The translations under genes and the position numbers were made by a program. A stretch of 64,000 bases of DNA from an uncultured Flavobacteriaceae bacterium (GTDB lineage Bacteria; Bacteroidota; Bacteroidia; Flavobacteriales; Flavobacteriaceae): assembly GCA_965363545.1 (NCBI GenBank), contig CBDTUD010000011.1, positions 2,434 to 66,433 of the forward strand, given 5' to 3'. Under the pieces are notes generated by a model. It saw only the letters and a program-made list of their open reading frames with translations, was not told the origin of the DNA and did no database searches. This document shows positions 9,418-18,158 of the stretch, piece by piece (the first letter of the stretch is position 1; each line of letters opens with the position of its first letter).

Positions 9418-9447
9418 GTTAGGGGGTGTTGAAAAGCACCCCCTAAC
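9418..9447 (+). terminator. Perfect 11-bp GC-rich hairpin (GTTAGGGGGTG-N8-CACCCCCTAAC) 17 nt after the hexahaem cytochrome stop. It is a putative terminator, attenuator or mRNA-stabilising stem.
   Basis: I checked complementarity by hand. There is no clear downstream T-tract, so terminator function is not certain. Confidence 0.55.
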
Positions 9448-9552
9448 ATTAAAAATATTAAATCTTTAATAAATCTTTAGTTTCTTAGAATTAATACTTT
9501 GTCTTAATTCAAATGAAAATTCAAAAGGTTTTAATCAAAAAAAATATATAAA

Positions 9553-9939
9553 ATGAAAAAACTTATCAAAATAGTTCTAACTGTTTGCGCTCTTTTCATG
9601 CTGCAATCTTGTTATTACGATACGGTTTATACAGTAGAAGCACCTCCTATTGACCCGGAAGTTGATGTTCTTTATAAAACTGAAATTCAACCTATTTGGG
9701 ATAATAATTGTGTTGATTGCCATAAAGGATTTACTGCGCCAGATTTAAGACCAGAAAATTCTTATGATGACCTTCTTAACAATGGATGGCTAATCCCAGG
9801 AAACTCGGCAGGTAGTATTTTATACGAATCTGTTGCATGGACCGGTGGCGCCTCAAAAATGCCAATTGAATACAAACTAACTGAAACCGAAATTCAACTA
9901 ATTCAACTTTGGATTGATCAAGGAGCTGAGAATAATTAA
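9553..9939 (+). CDS. Small monohaem cytochrome c-domain lipoprotein (PSCyt1-like domain)
   Basis: Lipobox MLQSC and a single CVDCH motif. The pattern IQPIWDNNCVDCH ... MP ... LIQLWIDQGA matches the Planctomycete-type cytochrome c domain as I remember it. Confidence 0.75.
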   Translation: MKKLIKIVLTVCALFMLQSCYYDTVYTVEAPPIDPEVDVLYKTEIQPIWDNNCVDCHKGFTAPDLRPENSYDDLLNNGWLIPGNSAGSILYESVAWTGGASKMPIEYKLTETEIQLIQLWIDQGAENN

Positions 9940-9956
9940 CCTTTAAGAAAATAACC

Positions 9957-10838
9957 ATGAAAAAATATATCTTAATACTCTTTATTTTTTTATCAGTTCC
10001 TTTTTTAGCAATTGCGCAAGAAGATGATTCAAAAAAAGAAGAGGAAACAAAAGAAGTAATTGATAAACCAGAACGTAGAGCGTTCGAAAGTTCTTTTATT
10101 ATTGACAACCCTACTGATGTCGTTTTTGGTAAAAATGCATTGGAAGCTCAAATGGAGCACAGATTTGGCTTAATTGATTTTGATAAACCTGCCGATTTAG
10201 CGGGTATTTACGGACCAGGTGCAAATATTCGTCTTGGGATAAGTTATGCTATTCTTGACAGATTAACATTGGGTTATGGTTTTACTAAAAATCAAAGACT
10301 GCAAGATTTTAATTTGAAATATGCCATACTAAGACAAACTCGATCTGGTAAAATACCTGTGAATGTAACCTATTATGGTAATTTCGCCTATAATTCTAGT
10401 GATCAAAAAACTACACAACCTTTAATTAATTATAATCAGGACAGATTTTCTTATTTTCATCAAATCATAGTGTCCAAAAGGTTCAGCCCAAAATTCTCTA
10501 TGCAAGTCGCGCCTAGTCTTTCTCATTACAATTTAGTTGAGGAAGGAATGAATAATGACTTATTCGCAATTGCAGTTGGTGGTCGCTACAAAGTAACCCC
10601 GAATACGGCACTATTGTTTGATTATAGCCAACCTTTAAGTAGTTTCGATAAACCATATAACCCAGAAGCCGGAATAAGTTTAGGTGTTGAATTTGCAACA
10701 TCAGCGCATGCTTTTCAATTATTCATAAGCAACTATTCAGGAATTGTTCCACAACAAAACTACATGTGGAATCAAAATGATTTCTTTGGTGGTGATATTT
10801 TATTAGGGTTTAATATTACACGAGTCTATAATTTTTAA
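9957..10838 (+). CDS. Predicted outer-membrane beta-barrel protein
   Basis: Signal peptide (FLAIAQ), an acidic linker, alternating hydrophobic/polar strand-like segments, and a C-terminal ...ITRVYNF ending in an aromatic residue. It may belong to the barrel family that databases label DUF5777, which I could not verify here. Confidence 0.65.
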   Translation: MKKYILILFIFLSVPFLAIAQEDDSKKEEETKEVIDKPERRAFESSFIIDNPTDVVFGKNALEAQMEHRFGLIDFDKPADLAGIYGPGANIRLGISYAILDRLTLGYGFTKNQRLQDFNLKYAILRQTRSGKIPVNVTYYGNFAYNSSDQKTTQPLINYNQDRFSYFHQIIVSKRFSPKFSMQVAPSLSHYNLVEEGMNNDLFAIAVGGRYKVTPNTALLFDYSQPLSSFDKPYNPEAGISLGVEFATSAHAFQLFISNYSGIVPQQNYMWNQNDFFGGDILLGFNITRVYNF

Positions 10839-10943
10839 CCAATCTTAAAACTGGCTAATAAAGTTCAAAATCTATTAAAAAATAGTCTCTGATTTTGTTA
10901 GCCTTTTTTAAAAATTTTAATGTGTTAAATTTATTTAACTAGC

Positions 10944-11933
10944 ATGATTATGGAAAATGATAAAAACGAAAAAGGAGCTACAAACAGACGTAAATTCTTA
11001 AAATTAGGATTACTATCTAGTGCAACGGCTGTTGCAGGAGCTTCCTTGGTGTCAAATTTGGCAATAGAAGAAGAAACAGAAACTTCTGGAGAAAAAATGA
11101 GATTATTAACTCCAGATGGTAAAATTGTAGAGGTCGATGCCAAAAATATTAATAATTATCCAGAAGCTTTAGTCACACCTGAAGAATCCCGAAAAGGAAT
11201 TCCAAACAGAAAATTTGTGATGGTCATTGATTTGGCAAAATGTAAAAATGCTAGAAAATGTGTAGAAAGCTGTCAAAAAGCCCACAACTTAGACCATAAT
11301 GAAGAGTTTTTGAAAGTGCAATTGATACAAGATAATGAAGAAGCCTCACCGTATTGGTTACCAAAACCTTGTTTTCATTGTGATGAGCCTCCTTGCGTAA
11401 CTGTTTGCCCTACCGGAGCAACTTTTAAACGAGATGACAATATTGTGTTAGTAGATAATGATAGATGTATTGGATGCAAATTCTGTGTCACAAGTTGTCC
11501 ATATTCTGCCCGAATATTTAATTGGGGACATAAAGATAAATTTGACAATACCGATCAACCATATTCACCTGAAACAAGTGTTCCTGCTGCTGAAGGCACC
11601 GTAATGAAATGTGATTTCTGTCCGGATTTATTACGCGCAGGCAAACTACCTCATTGTGCAAAAGCTTGCCCGATGGGAGTTATTTATTTTGGCGATAAAA
11701 ATGAAGACATCGTTACCAACGGAGAAGAAACAGTTCGTTTTTCTCAACTGATTAAAGATCGCGGTGGCTATCGACATTTAGAACATTTAGGCACCAAGCC
11801 AAATGTGTATTATCTACCTGCTGTAAATCGACAATTTCCGTTAGAAAGAGGGTTAGATATTGAACCAGATATTTTGAAAAGATACGAAAACGTACCTTTT
11901 GTAAAAGACTATATCAAAAAGAATGAAATTTAA
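10944..11933 (+). CDS. Tat-exported 4Fe-4S ferredoxin-type subunit, NrfC/PsrB/HybA-like
   Basis: Twin-arginine signal NRRKFLKLG. Four Cys clusters are present, including CFHCDEPPCVTVCP, CIGCKFCVTSCP and CDFCP...CAKACP. Confidence 0.85.
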   Translation: MIMENDKNEKGATNRRKFLKLGLLSSATAVAGASLVSNLAIEEETETSGEKMRLLTPDGKIVEVDAKNINNYPEALVTPEESRKGIPNRKFVMVIDLAKCKNARKCVESCQKAHNLDHNEEFLKVQLIQDNEEASPYWLPKPCFHCDEPPCVTVCPTGATFKRDDNIVLVDNDRCIGCKFCVTSCPYSARIFNWGHKDKFDNTDQPYSPETSVPAAEGTVMKCDFCPDLLRAGKLPHCAKACPMGVIYFGDKNEDIVTNGEETVRFSQLIKDRGGYRHLEHLGTKPNVYYLPAVNRQFPLERGLDIEPDILKRYENVPFVKDYIKKNEI

Positions 11934-11951
11934 CTGCAATAGTTCTTCATC

Positions 11952-13298
11952 ATGGAAATAAATAAAAGAAAAAGAGAATTAGTTAAAGAATTTTCTCCGA
12001 TGCTTGGAAAATCAAGCACAGCATCCAAAATTTGGATTTGGTCTTTAGTCGCAATTATTTTAGTTGGATTATATGCCTTTATCCTTCAAGCAATTAAAGG
12101 ACATGAAGTTACCGGAATGCGCGACAATGTCGTTTGGGGCGTATATATTATTAATTTTATATTTTTCGTTGGTATTAGTTATTCTGGGGCATTTATCTCA
12201 GGAATTTTACATTTCTTTAAAACCCCTTGGAAAAATTCTGTTTCTAGAATTGTTGAAATCATAACCGTTTTATCATTGATTGTAGGCCCTATATTTATTC
12301 TACTTTGTATCGGAAGATTAGATAGATTACACTATCTATTTTTATACCCTAGAATTCAATCTCCAATTACTTGGGATATTATTGCTATTATGACCGACTT
12401 AGTTGGTTGCTTTATCTACTTATATTTAACATTCATACCTGACTTGGCAATTTTACGAGATAACAGTGATGAAAATACACCAAATTGGAGGAGAAAATTA
12501 TATAAATTTTTAGCAATTGGTTATCAAGACACAACCGTACAACGTGAAAAATTACACAAAATAACACGAACAATGTCTGCAATGATTATTGCAATGGCAA
12601 TTGTTGCTTACACAGTTCTTGCCTGGATTTTCAGTTTAACATTGCAACCGGGTTGGAATAGTACAATTTTTGCACCTTATTTTATTGTTGCCGGATTATA
12701 TTCAGGTGTTGGAGTCATTATTATTACCATGTTTGTCATTCGAAAATACTTGCATCTAGAACAGTACATCCGTAAAGTTCATTTTGTTGGTGCAGGTATT
12801 ATACTTTTAGTAATGTCTTTGCTGTTTGGATACTTTACGTTCAGCGAATATTTTTCTAAATGGTTTAGCCATAAAATTCATGATATTGATTTGTTAAACA
12901 CCCTTTTTAGTGGTTATTTTTGGAGATTTATTTTTGCTAATTATATTGGAGTTTTAATTCCGATAGCAATTTTATTTTTCAAAAAATTCAGAACAATTAA
13001 GGCAATCACATTTGCCGCAGTAGTAGCTGTTTTAGGTCTTTGGCTCAACCGATATTTAATCGTCATCCCTACCTTGGAAACACCATATCTGCCAATTCAA
13101 GATACACGTGCTGAGTTTATTCATTACAGTGCGACTTGGATAGAATGGTCTTTAACCTTTGCCGGAATAGCAGCTTTTTGCTTGATGTTCACACTTATTG
13201 TTAAATTTATTCCCGTAATTCCAATGTCAGGAATAATTGATCACGAAAGAGAACCAAAAATAATAAAAAGACCTGCAAAAAAAATGGTAACTGAATAA
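11952..13298 (+). CDS. NrfD/PsrC-family polytopic membrane quinol-interacting subunit
   Basis: 448 aa with ~10 hydrophobic helices. It lies 18 nt downstream of the NrfC-like gene, the canonical NrfC-NrfD order. Confidence 0.8.
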   Translation: MEINKRKRELVKEFSPMLGKSSTASKIWIWSLVAIILVGLYAFILQAIKGHEVTGMRDNVVWGVYIINFIFFVGISYSGAFISGILHFFKTPWKNSVSRIVEIITVLSLIVGPIFILLCIGRLDRLHYLFLYPRIQSPITWDIIAIMTDLVGCFIYLYLTFIPDLAILRDNSDENTPNWRRKLYKFLAIGYQDTTVQREKLHKITRTMSAMIIAMAIVAYTVLAWIFSLTLQPGWNSTIFAPYFIVAGLYSGVGVIIITMFVIRKYLHLEQYIRKVHFVGAGIILLVMSLLFGYFTFSEYFSKWFSHKIHDIDLLNTLFSGYFWRFIFANYIGVLIPIAILFFKKFRTIKAITFAAVVAVLGLWLNRYLIVIPTLETPYLPIQDTRAEFIHYSATWIEWSLTFAGIAAFCLMFTLIVKFIPVIPMSGIIDHEREPKIIKRPAKKMVTE

Positions 13299-13315
13299 TA
13301 ACAATTGAATTAGAA

Positions 13316-14218
13316 ATGATGAAAAACAACACACATAGAATAACATCCATTGCTTCTTTGATAATTGCCATATTATTTAGTGTAAATGGTATATCTCAAG
13401 ATTTAGATGCAAGTAATTACAAAATGTCATTCAAATTTAAAACTGTAAAACAAGCAGATAATTCAAGATTATTAGAAGTAAGTTTTATTGGACAAAACAA
13501 AAAGGATAGAAAAGATAAAGTTCCGGTTTTTGATGTAGAAATTAATTTTTTCAATATTTTAGATGCAGAAGAAATTTTATTAGGAAAAGCGAAAACCTCG
13601 AATGAAGGAATAGCGCAAATAACACTTCCTGAAAATCAAACGTATTTATCTGATGAAGATGGCGCAATTACAATTGCAGCACGTTTTGACGGATCGGAAG
13701 GATTAGATTCTGAAGAAGAAGAAATTAATTTTAAAAATTTATATTTAAAACTGAATTTAGCAGAAATTGACAGTGTTAAAACAGTATCAGTTAATGCTTT
13801 CACTTTGGATAGCCTAGGCAACGAATATCCCATTGAAGAAGCCGAAATAAAATTTTTTGTTGGAGGAATGTTATCTAAATTAAAAATTAATGAAGGTACT
13901 ATTAGTGAAGGCGAATATGAGTTTAAAATGCCAACGGATATACCTGGTGATACACAAGGAAACTTAACCGTTTACGCAATGATTGATGATAATGACGATT
14001 TTGGCAATTTAATTCAAAAACAAGATATTAACTGGGGAGTTTTTGATAAACACATTGAGCAAGAAGAAAATAAATTATGGTCAGAAGCCGCTCCAATATG
14101 GATGTATATCGTTCTAACCATTTTATTGGTAGGTGTTTGGGCAAATTATATGTACACTATTATATATCTATTTAAAATTAAAAAAGAAAGTAAACATATT
14201 GAAATTCACCTCGAATAA
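13316..14218 (+). CDS. Hypothetical exported protein with a C-terminal transmembrane anchor
   Basis: N-terminal signal sequence, an acidic beta-rich ectodomain and a single C-terminal TM helix (IWMYIVLTILLVGVWANYMYTIIYLF). No family recognised. Confidence 0.6.
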   Translation: MMKNNTHRITSIASLIIAILFSVNGISQDLDASNYKMSFKFKTVKQADNSRLLEVSFIGQNKKDRKDKVPVFDVEINFFNILDAEEILLGKAKTSNEGIAQITLPENQTYLSDEDGAITIAARFDGSEGLDSEEEEINFKNLYLKLNLAEIDSVKTVSVNAFTLDSLGNEYPIEEAEIKFFVGGMLSKLKINEGTISEGEYEFKMPTDIPGDTQGNLTVYAMIDDNDDFGNLIQKQDINWGVFDKHIEQEENKLWSEAAPIWMYIVLTILLVGVWANYMYTIIYLFKIKKESKHIEIHLE

Positions 14219-14297
14219 TAGCTCATAATATAAATAAAATTATTAATATTGTATTACTAATAAAAAATTAAATACCTAACAAAAACTATAACTAAAA

Positions 14298-14699
14298 ATG
14301 AAAACACTTAAATTTTTAATGATTATTTCCTTTGTAAGTTTCGGACTTTTATCATTCACGAAATTCGTTCAAGAGGAATGGAAAGTACCTGCAAAATACG
14401 AAAGCATGAAAAACCCAACGAAAGCAAATGATGAAAATATTGCTATCGGAAAAAACTTATATTCTAAGCATTGTAAATCTTGTCACGGTAAAGAAGGTTT
14501 AGGTGATGGAACAAAAGCAGATGAAGTTGATGGTGATTTAGGAGATTTTTCATCAGCAGAATTTCAATCACAATCTGATGGAGCTTTATTTTACAAAAGC
14601 TATTTCGGAAGAGATGACATGCCTAACTACGAAAAGAAAATTCCTGAACAAGAAGACATGTGGTTAGTAGTTCATTATATTAGAACCTTAAAAAAATAA
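14298..14699 (+). CDS. Class I monohaem cytochrome c
   Basis: Signal peptide, CKSCHG haem motif and a downstream DMPNY Met ligand candidate. Confidence 0.8.
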   Translation: MKTLKFLMIISFVSFGLLSFTKFVQEEWKVPAKYESMKNPTKANDENIAIGKNLYSKHCKSCHGKEGLGDGTKADEVDGDLGDFSSAEFQSQSDGALFYKSYFGRDDMPNYEKKIPEQEDMWLVVHYIRTLKK

Positions 14700-14721
14700 T
14701 AAATCAATTTTTTTATACTTC

Positions 14722-14753
14722 AAAAAACCAAGCGGAAAGGCTTGGTTTTTTTG
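14722..14753. terminator. Bidirectional rho-independent terminator (AACCAAGC-N6-GCTTGGTT, flanked by an A-run and a T-run)
   Basis: 8-bp perfect stem followed by TTTTTT. It sits between the convergent genes ending at 14699 (+) and 14763 (-). Confidence 0.7.
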
Positions 14754-14762
14754 TTTAAGTTA

Positions 14763-15692
14763 TCATCCGTTCTTAACCATTTCCAATCCTTTCGTAGCAT
14801 ATTTTTTTCTAGACCAAAATGTACCTAAAAGTAAACCAGCGATAATATGCCAAATACCCCACCATGCCGCAACTAACGCCATTCCACCCAAGCCATTAAA
14901 AAAATCAAAAATAAGTAACAAGCCTAAACCTGAATTTTGAATTCCTACTTCAAACGCAATCGCTCTTCTATCCCATTCACGTAATCTTGCAACCTTTGCA
15001 GAGAAATATCCTAAAGAAATTGCAACTAAATTATGGATGGCAACAACTAGCATAACATATTTTATATACTTCAAAAAATTATCAAAATTTGCTGAAAACG
15101 CAGATAAAACAAAAACAAAAAAGAAAAGTATCGAAGCAAATTTAAAAGGCTTTTTTAATTTCGCAGCTAGTTTTGGTTTCTTCGTCGATAACCACATTCC
15201 TAAAAAAAGAGGTAATCCTAAAATAACAAAAATGGTAAAAAACATATCCATCGGATTTAAGTCAATTGCCGACAATAAAGCTCTCGTTTTTTGATTGGCA
15301 TTTCCCCAAATGGAAATATTCAAAGGTGTCATAAAAATCGCTAGAACAGTAGAAACTGAAGTCATACTAACCGATAAAGCAGTATTCCCTTTGGCATAAT
15401 GGGTGAAAAAATTAGAAACATTACCTCCCGGACAAGAACTAACCAAAATCATACCTAATGCGATTGAAGGTGCCGGATTCAATAGTAATGTTAAAAGATA
15501 TGTAAATGCCGGCAACAATAAAAATTGTGCGATTAAGCCAATTATTGGGCCTTTCGGTTTTTTGAGTACAGCTGTAAAATCAGTTAATTTTAAATCTAAA
15601 GAAACCCCAAACATGATTATTCCCAAAATAATATTCAATACCAATAAACTATTTGGGTCAAAATTTAAGACTAACTGGTCAACTTCGTTCAT
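14763..15692 (-). CDS. Bile acid:sodium symporter (BASS/SBF) family transporter, paralogue of 207-1130
   Basis: Same signatures (SSCPGGNVSNF, VGIQNSGLGLLL). By eye it is roughly half identical to the first copy along its full length. Confidence 0.85.
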   Translation of the reverse strand: MNEVDQLVLNFDPNSLLVLNIILGIIMFGVSLDLKLTDFTAVLKKPKGPIIGLIAQFLLLPAFTYLLTLLLNPAPSIALGMILVSSCPGGNVSNFFTHYAKGNTALSVSMTSVSTVLAIFMTPLNISIWGNANQKTRALLSAIDLNPMDMFFTIFVILGLPLFLGMWLSTKKPKLAAKLKKPFKFASILFFFVFVLSAFSANFDNFLKYIKYVMLVVAIHNLVAISLGYFSAKVARLREWDRRAIAFEVGIQNSGLGLLLIFDFFNGLGGMALVAAWWGIWHIIAGLLLGTFWSRKKYATKGLEMVKNG

Positions 15693-15819
15693 GCAATTTT
15701 TTAGCGGTCAAAATACATCTTTTATATCGAACGAACAAAGCTCTAACTTTTATAAAAAAAAGGAAGTCTCCTTTCGGAAATTTCCTATTGCAGTATCCCA
15801 AAAAAGTCACCTATTTAGA

Positions 15820-16581
15820 TTATATATTCTTATAAAAATAAGTACTATTAGCCTGAGCTAGAGAGGTGATTTCCAACTCATTAATACAAACATGTTTTGG
15901 TAGATTTGCAACGTAAAAAATATTTGGCGCAATATCTTTTGCCGTTAAAGGTTGATAGCCATTATAAGCCGCAGTTGCTTGATTTTTATCGCCTTTAAAA
16001 CGCACTAAAGAGAATTCGGTTTCTGCCGCTCCAGGAGAAATTTGCGTTACTTTTATACCATATTCGAGCAAATCAATTCGCATGGACTTACTCAAAGCAT
16101 CCACAGCAAACTTGGTTGCGCAATACACATTGCCTTTTTCATAAACCGTTTTTGCAGCAGTAGATCCGATATTTATAATATGCCCTTTTTTATATTTAAT
16201 GAAAAAAGGAATAATTTCATGTGTAACATACAACAAGCCTTTTACATTGGTGTCAATCATTGTTTCCCAATCTTCTTCTTGACCGTTTTGAATTTTATCT
16301 AAACCAACAGCTAGTCCAGCATTGTTAAGTAAAACATCTATTTTTGTCCACTTTTCAGGCAGAGAAGCTATAGCTGCTTTTACATCAACTTTATTTCGAA
16401 CATCAAAACATAGAGGATAAACATCAATTTTACAAGCTTCAGTTAGAGTCTTTGCCAAATCTAACAATCTTTCTTTTCGCCTACCTGTAATAATCACATT
16501 ATAATTATTCTCAGCAAATAATTTTGCAGTCGCTTCACCAATACCGGAAGTTGCACCGGTAATAAAAATAATTTTTCTCAT
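15820..16581 (-). CDS. Short-chain dehydrogenase/reductase (YdfG-like NADP-dependent)
   Basis: TGATSGIGEA cofactor motif, NNAG, and the catalytic YCATKFAV (YxxxK). Confidence 0.85.
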   Translation of the reverse strand: MRKIIFITGATSGIGEATAKLFAENNYNVIITGRRKERLLDLAKTLTEACKIDVYPLCFDVRNKVDVKAAIASLPEKWTKIDVLLNNAGLAVGLDKIQNGQEEDWETMIDTNVKGLLYVTHEIIPFFIKYKKGHIINIGSTAAKTVYEKGNVYCATKFAVDALSKSMRIDLLEYGIKVTQISPGAAETEFSLVRFKGDKNQATAAYNGYQPLTAKDIAPNIFYVANLPKHVCINELEITSLAQANSTYFYKNI

Positions 16582-16675
16582 AATTATAGATACGTTTTGA
16601 TATTTGAATCTCCTAAGAATTTCATTTTCATGGAAAAGTCCATTGCTTGAAAGGATAAAATCTTACCTTTTTTAT

Positions 16676-18034
16676 TTAAATGGTCATCGAAAAAATTCTA
16701 GTTTCCGGTTTGTTTTCAATCAATCGCAAGTCAAAAGCCATACATATATTACGAACAAACATTCGACCACTTTCTTTCACAACTATCTTATCCTCAGAAA
16801 TTATAATCAAATCATCGGCAAATATTTCGGAAAGACGGTCAATAATTTCTGTTTTAGTTTGTGCAGATAAACCTTCCTTAAATTCCGTTTCGAGATTGCA
16901 CATGATATTTAAAATATGCTTTCGAATAACTAGGTCTTGCTTTGTTAATAAATGACCTCTAAAAATTGGTAGAATACCTTGATTTACTTTTTCTGTATAA
17001 GCTTCAATTGTTTTTTCATTTTGTGCAAATGCATACCAAGAATCACTAATAGAAGACATTCCCAAACCGATCATCAATTCGGTTTTACCAGCAGTATACC
17101 CCATAAAATTACGATGCAACTTTTTACTTTTCATTGCCTTATACAAAGTATCTGTAGGCAAAGCAAAGTGATCCATTCCTATTTCAACATAACCCGCGTC
17201 AAAAAACAATTGTTTTCCTAATTCGTATAGCTTTCGTTTTTCTTCATCTTTTGGCAGGTCTTTATCCTCAAAACCTCGCTGCCCTACTCCTTTTATCCAA
17301 GGCACATGCGCATAACTGTAATAGGCAATTCTATCTGGTTTTAAAGCAACTGTTTTCTTAATGGTTTCGCGAATACTTTCTTCATTTTGAAATGGCAATC
17401 CAAAAATTAAATCATGGCTAACCGATTCGTATCCAATTGCTCTAGAATCTTCAGTCACTCGTTGTACATTTTCAAAAGATTGCACCCTGTTAATTGCTAT
17501 TTGCACTTTTGTGTCGTAATCTTGAATTCCGAAACTATTTCTTTTATAACCCAAATCAAAAAGGGTTTGTAGCTGTTCTTTTGTAGTATGATTCGGATGT
17601 CCTTCGTAACTAAACTCAAATTCAGAAAATTTGTCCGCTCTTTTAAAAATACCCTCCGTTAATTTTTTTAAATTTTCCGAAGAAAAAAAAGTTGGTGTAC
17701 CACCACCTAAATGAATTTCTCTAATTTTCGGACGGTCACCCAATAAATCACAATATAAATCCCATTCTTTTAAAACAGTATCTAAATATGGTTCTTCGAC
17801 GCCATGTTGTTTGGTAATTTTTTTATGACAAGCACAAAAAGTGCATAGACTTTCACAAAAAGGCAAATGAATATACAAGCTAATACCCTCTTTACCATTA
17901 CTTTCTTGAAACGATTTGACTACTGAATTTTTCCAATCTTGTAGCTTAATTCCTTCTTTATCCCAAAAAGGGACGGTTGGGTAACTTGTGTACCTCGGAC
18001 CAGGAATATTATATTTTTGGATTAAGTTTGTCAT
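16676..18034 (-). CDS. hemN: Oxygen-independent coproporphyrinogen III oxidase (radical SAM)
   Basis: 452 aa, with the N-terminal YNIPGPRYTSYPT motif and the radical SAM motif CESLCTFCAC. Length fits HemN rather than the shorter HemW. Confidence 0.88.
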   Translation of the reverse strand: MTNLIQKYNIPGPRYTSYPTVPFWDKEGIKLQDWKNSVVKSFQESNGKEGISLYIHLPFCESLCTFCACHKKITKQHGVEEPYLDTVLKEWDLYCDLLGDRPKIREIHLGGGTPTFFSSENLKKLTEGIFKRADKFSEFEFSYEGHPNHTTKEQLQTLFDLGYKRNSFGIQDYDTKVQIAINRVQSFENVQRVTEDSRAIGYESVSHDLIFGLPFQNEESIRETIKKTVALKPDRIAYYSYAHVPWIKGVGQRGFEDKDLPKDEEKRKLYELGKQLFFDAGYVEIGMDHFALPTDTLYKAMKSKKLHRNFMGYTAGKTELMIGLGMSSISDSWYAFAQNEKTIEAYTEKVNQGILPIFRGHLLTKQDLVIRKHILNIMCNLETEFKEGLSAQTKTEIIDRLSEIFADDLIIISEDKIVVKESGRMFVRNICMAFDLRLIENKPETRIFSMTI

Positions 18035-18158
18035 TTTTTAGTTTGTTGTTCGTTTTATGCCAGAAATAGATAATTTCTTCTGTGTTTAGATTCCCATTTT
18101 CAAGGGAATGACAATTTTAATGAAAACTTCGAGGCTCAGCCACCTTTTCAACCATAAA

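Noticed and set aside
8340-14699. The cluster could be alternative complex III (act genes) or an nrf, nos or psr operon.
   Set aside because: - There is no ~1000-aa ActB-type molybdopterin-like subunit, ActD or ActF.
- There is no CXXCK pentahaem NrfA.
- There is no NosZ.
- There is no molybdopterin catalytic subunit.
- An outer-membrane barrel gene is not part of any of those operons.
207-15692. Two BASS transporter paralogues in opposite orientation bracket about 14 kb. This could mark the boundaries of a mobile island or a segmental duplication.
   Set aside because: They are similar only at the protein level (roughly half identical). I saw no nucleotide-level repeats, integrase, transposase, tRNA attachment site or direct repeats, and the genes between them are ordinary core functions plus the cytochrome cluster.
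15403-15861. 152-aa ORF on the plus strand. Similar track entries include 383-580, 2711-2956, 4084-4356, 6945-7276, 16042-16302, 19791-20309, 22229-22664, 27561-27854, 30209-30574, 42594-43042, 58127-58545 and 62356-62583.
   Set aside because: These are antisense or alternate-frame shadows lying inside strongly supported genes. They have low-complexity or hydrophobic translations with no motifs, which is typical of spurious ORFs in AT-rich genomes.
18035-18158. Small hairpins between hemE and hemN (ATTCCC-N8-GGGAAT at 18090-18109 and AGAAAT-N5-ATTTCT at 18062-18078), considered as an internal terminator.
   Set aside because: The stems are only 6 bp, AT-rich or short, and no U-run follows on the transcribed (minus) strand. 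That is too weak to call.
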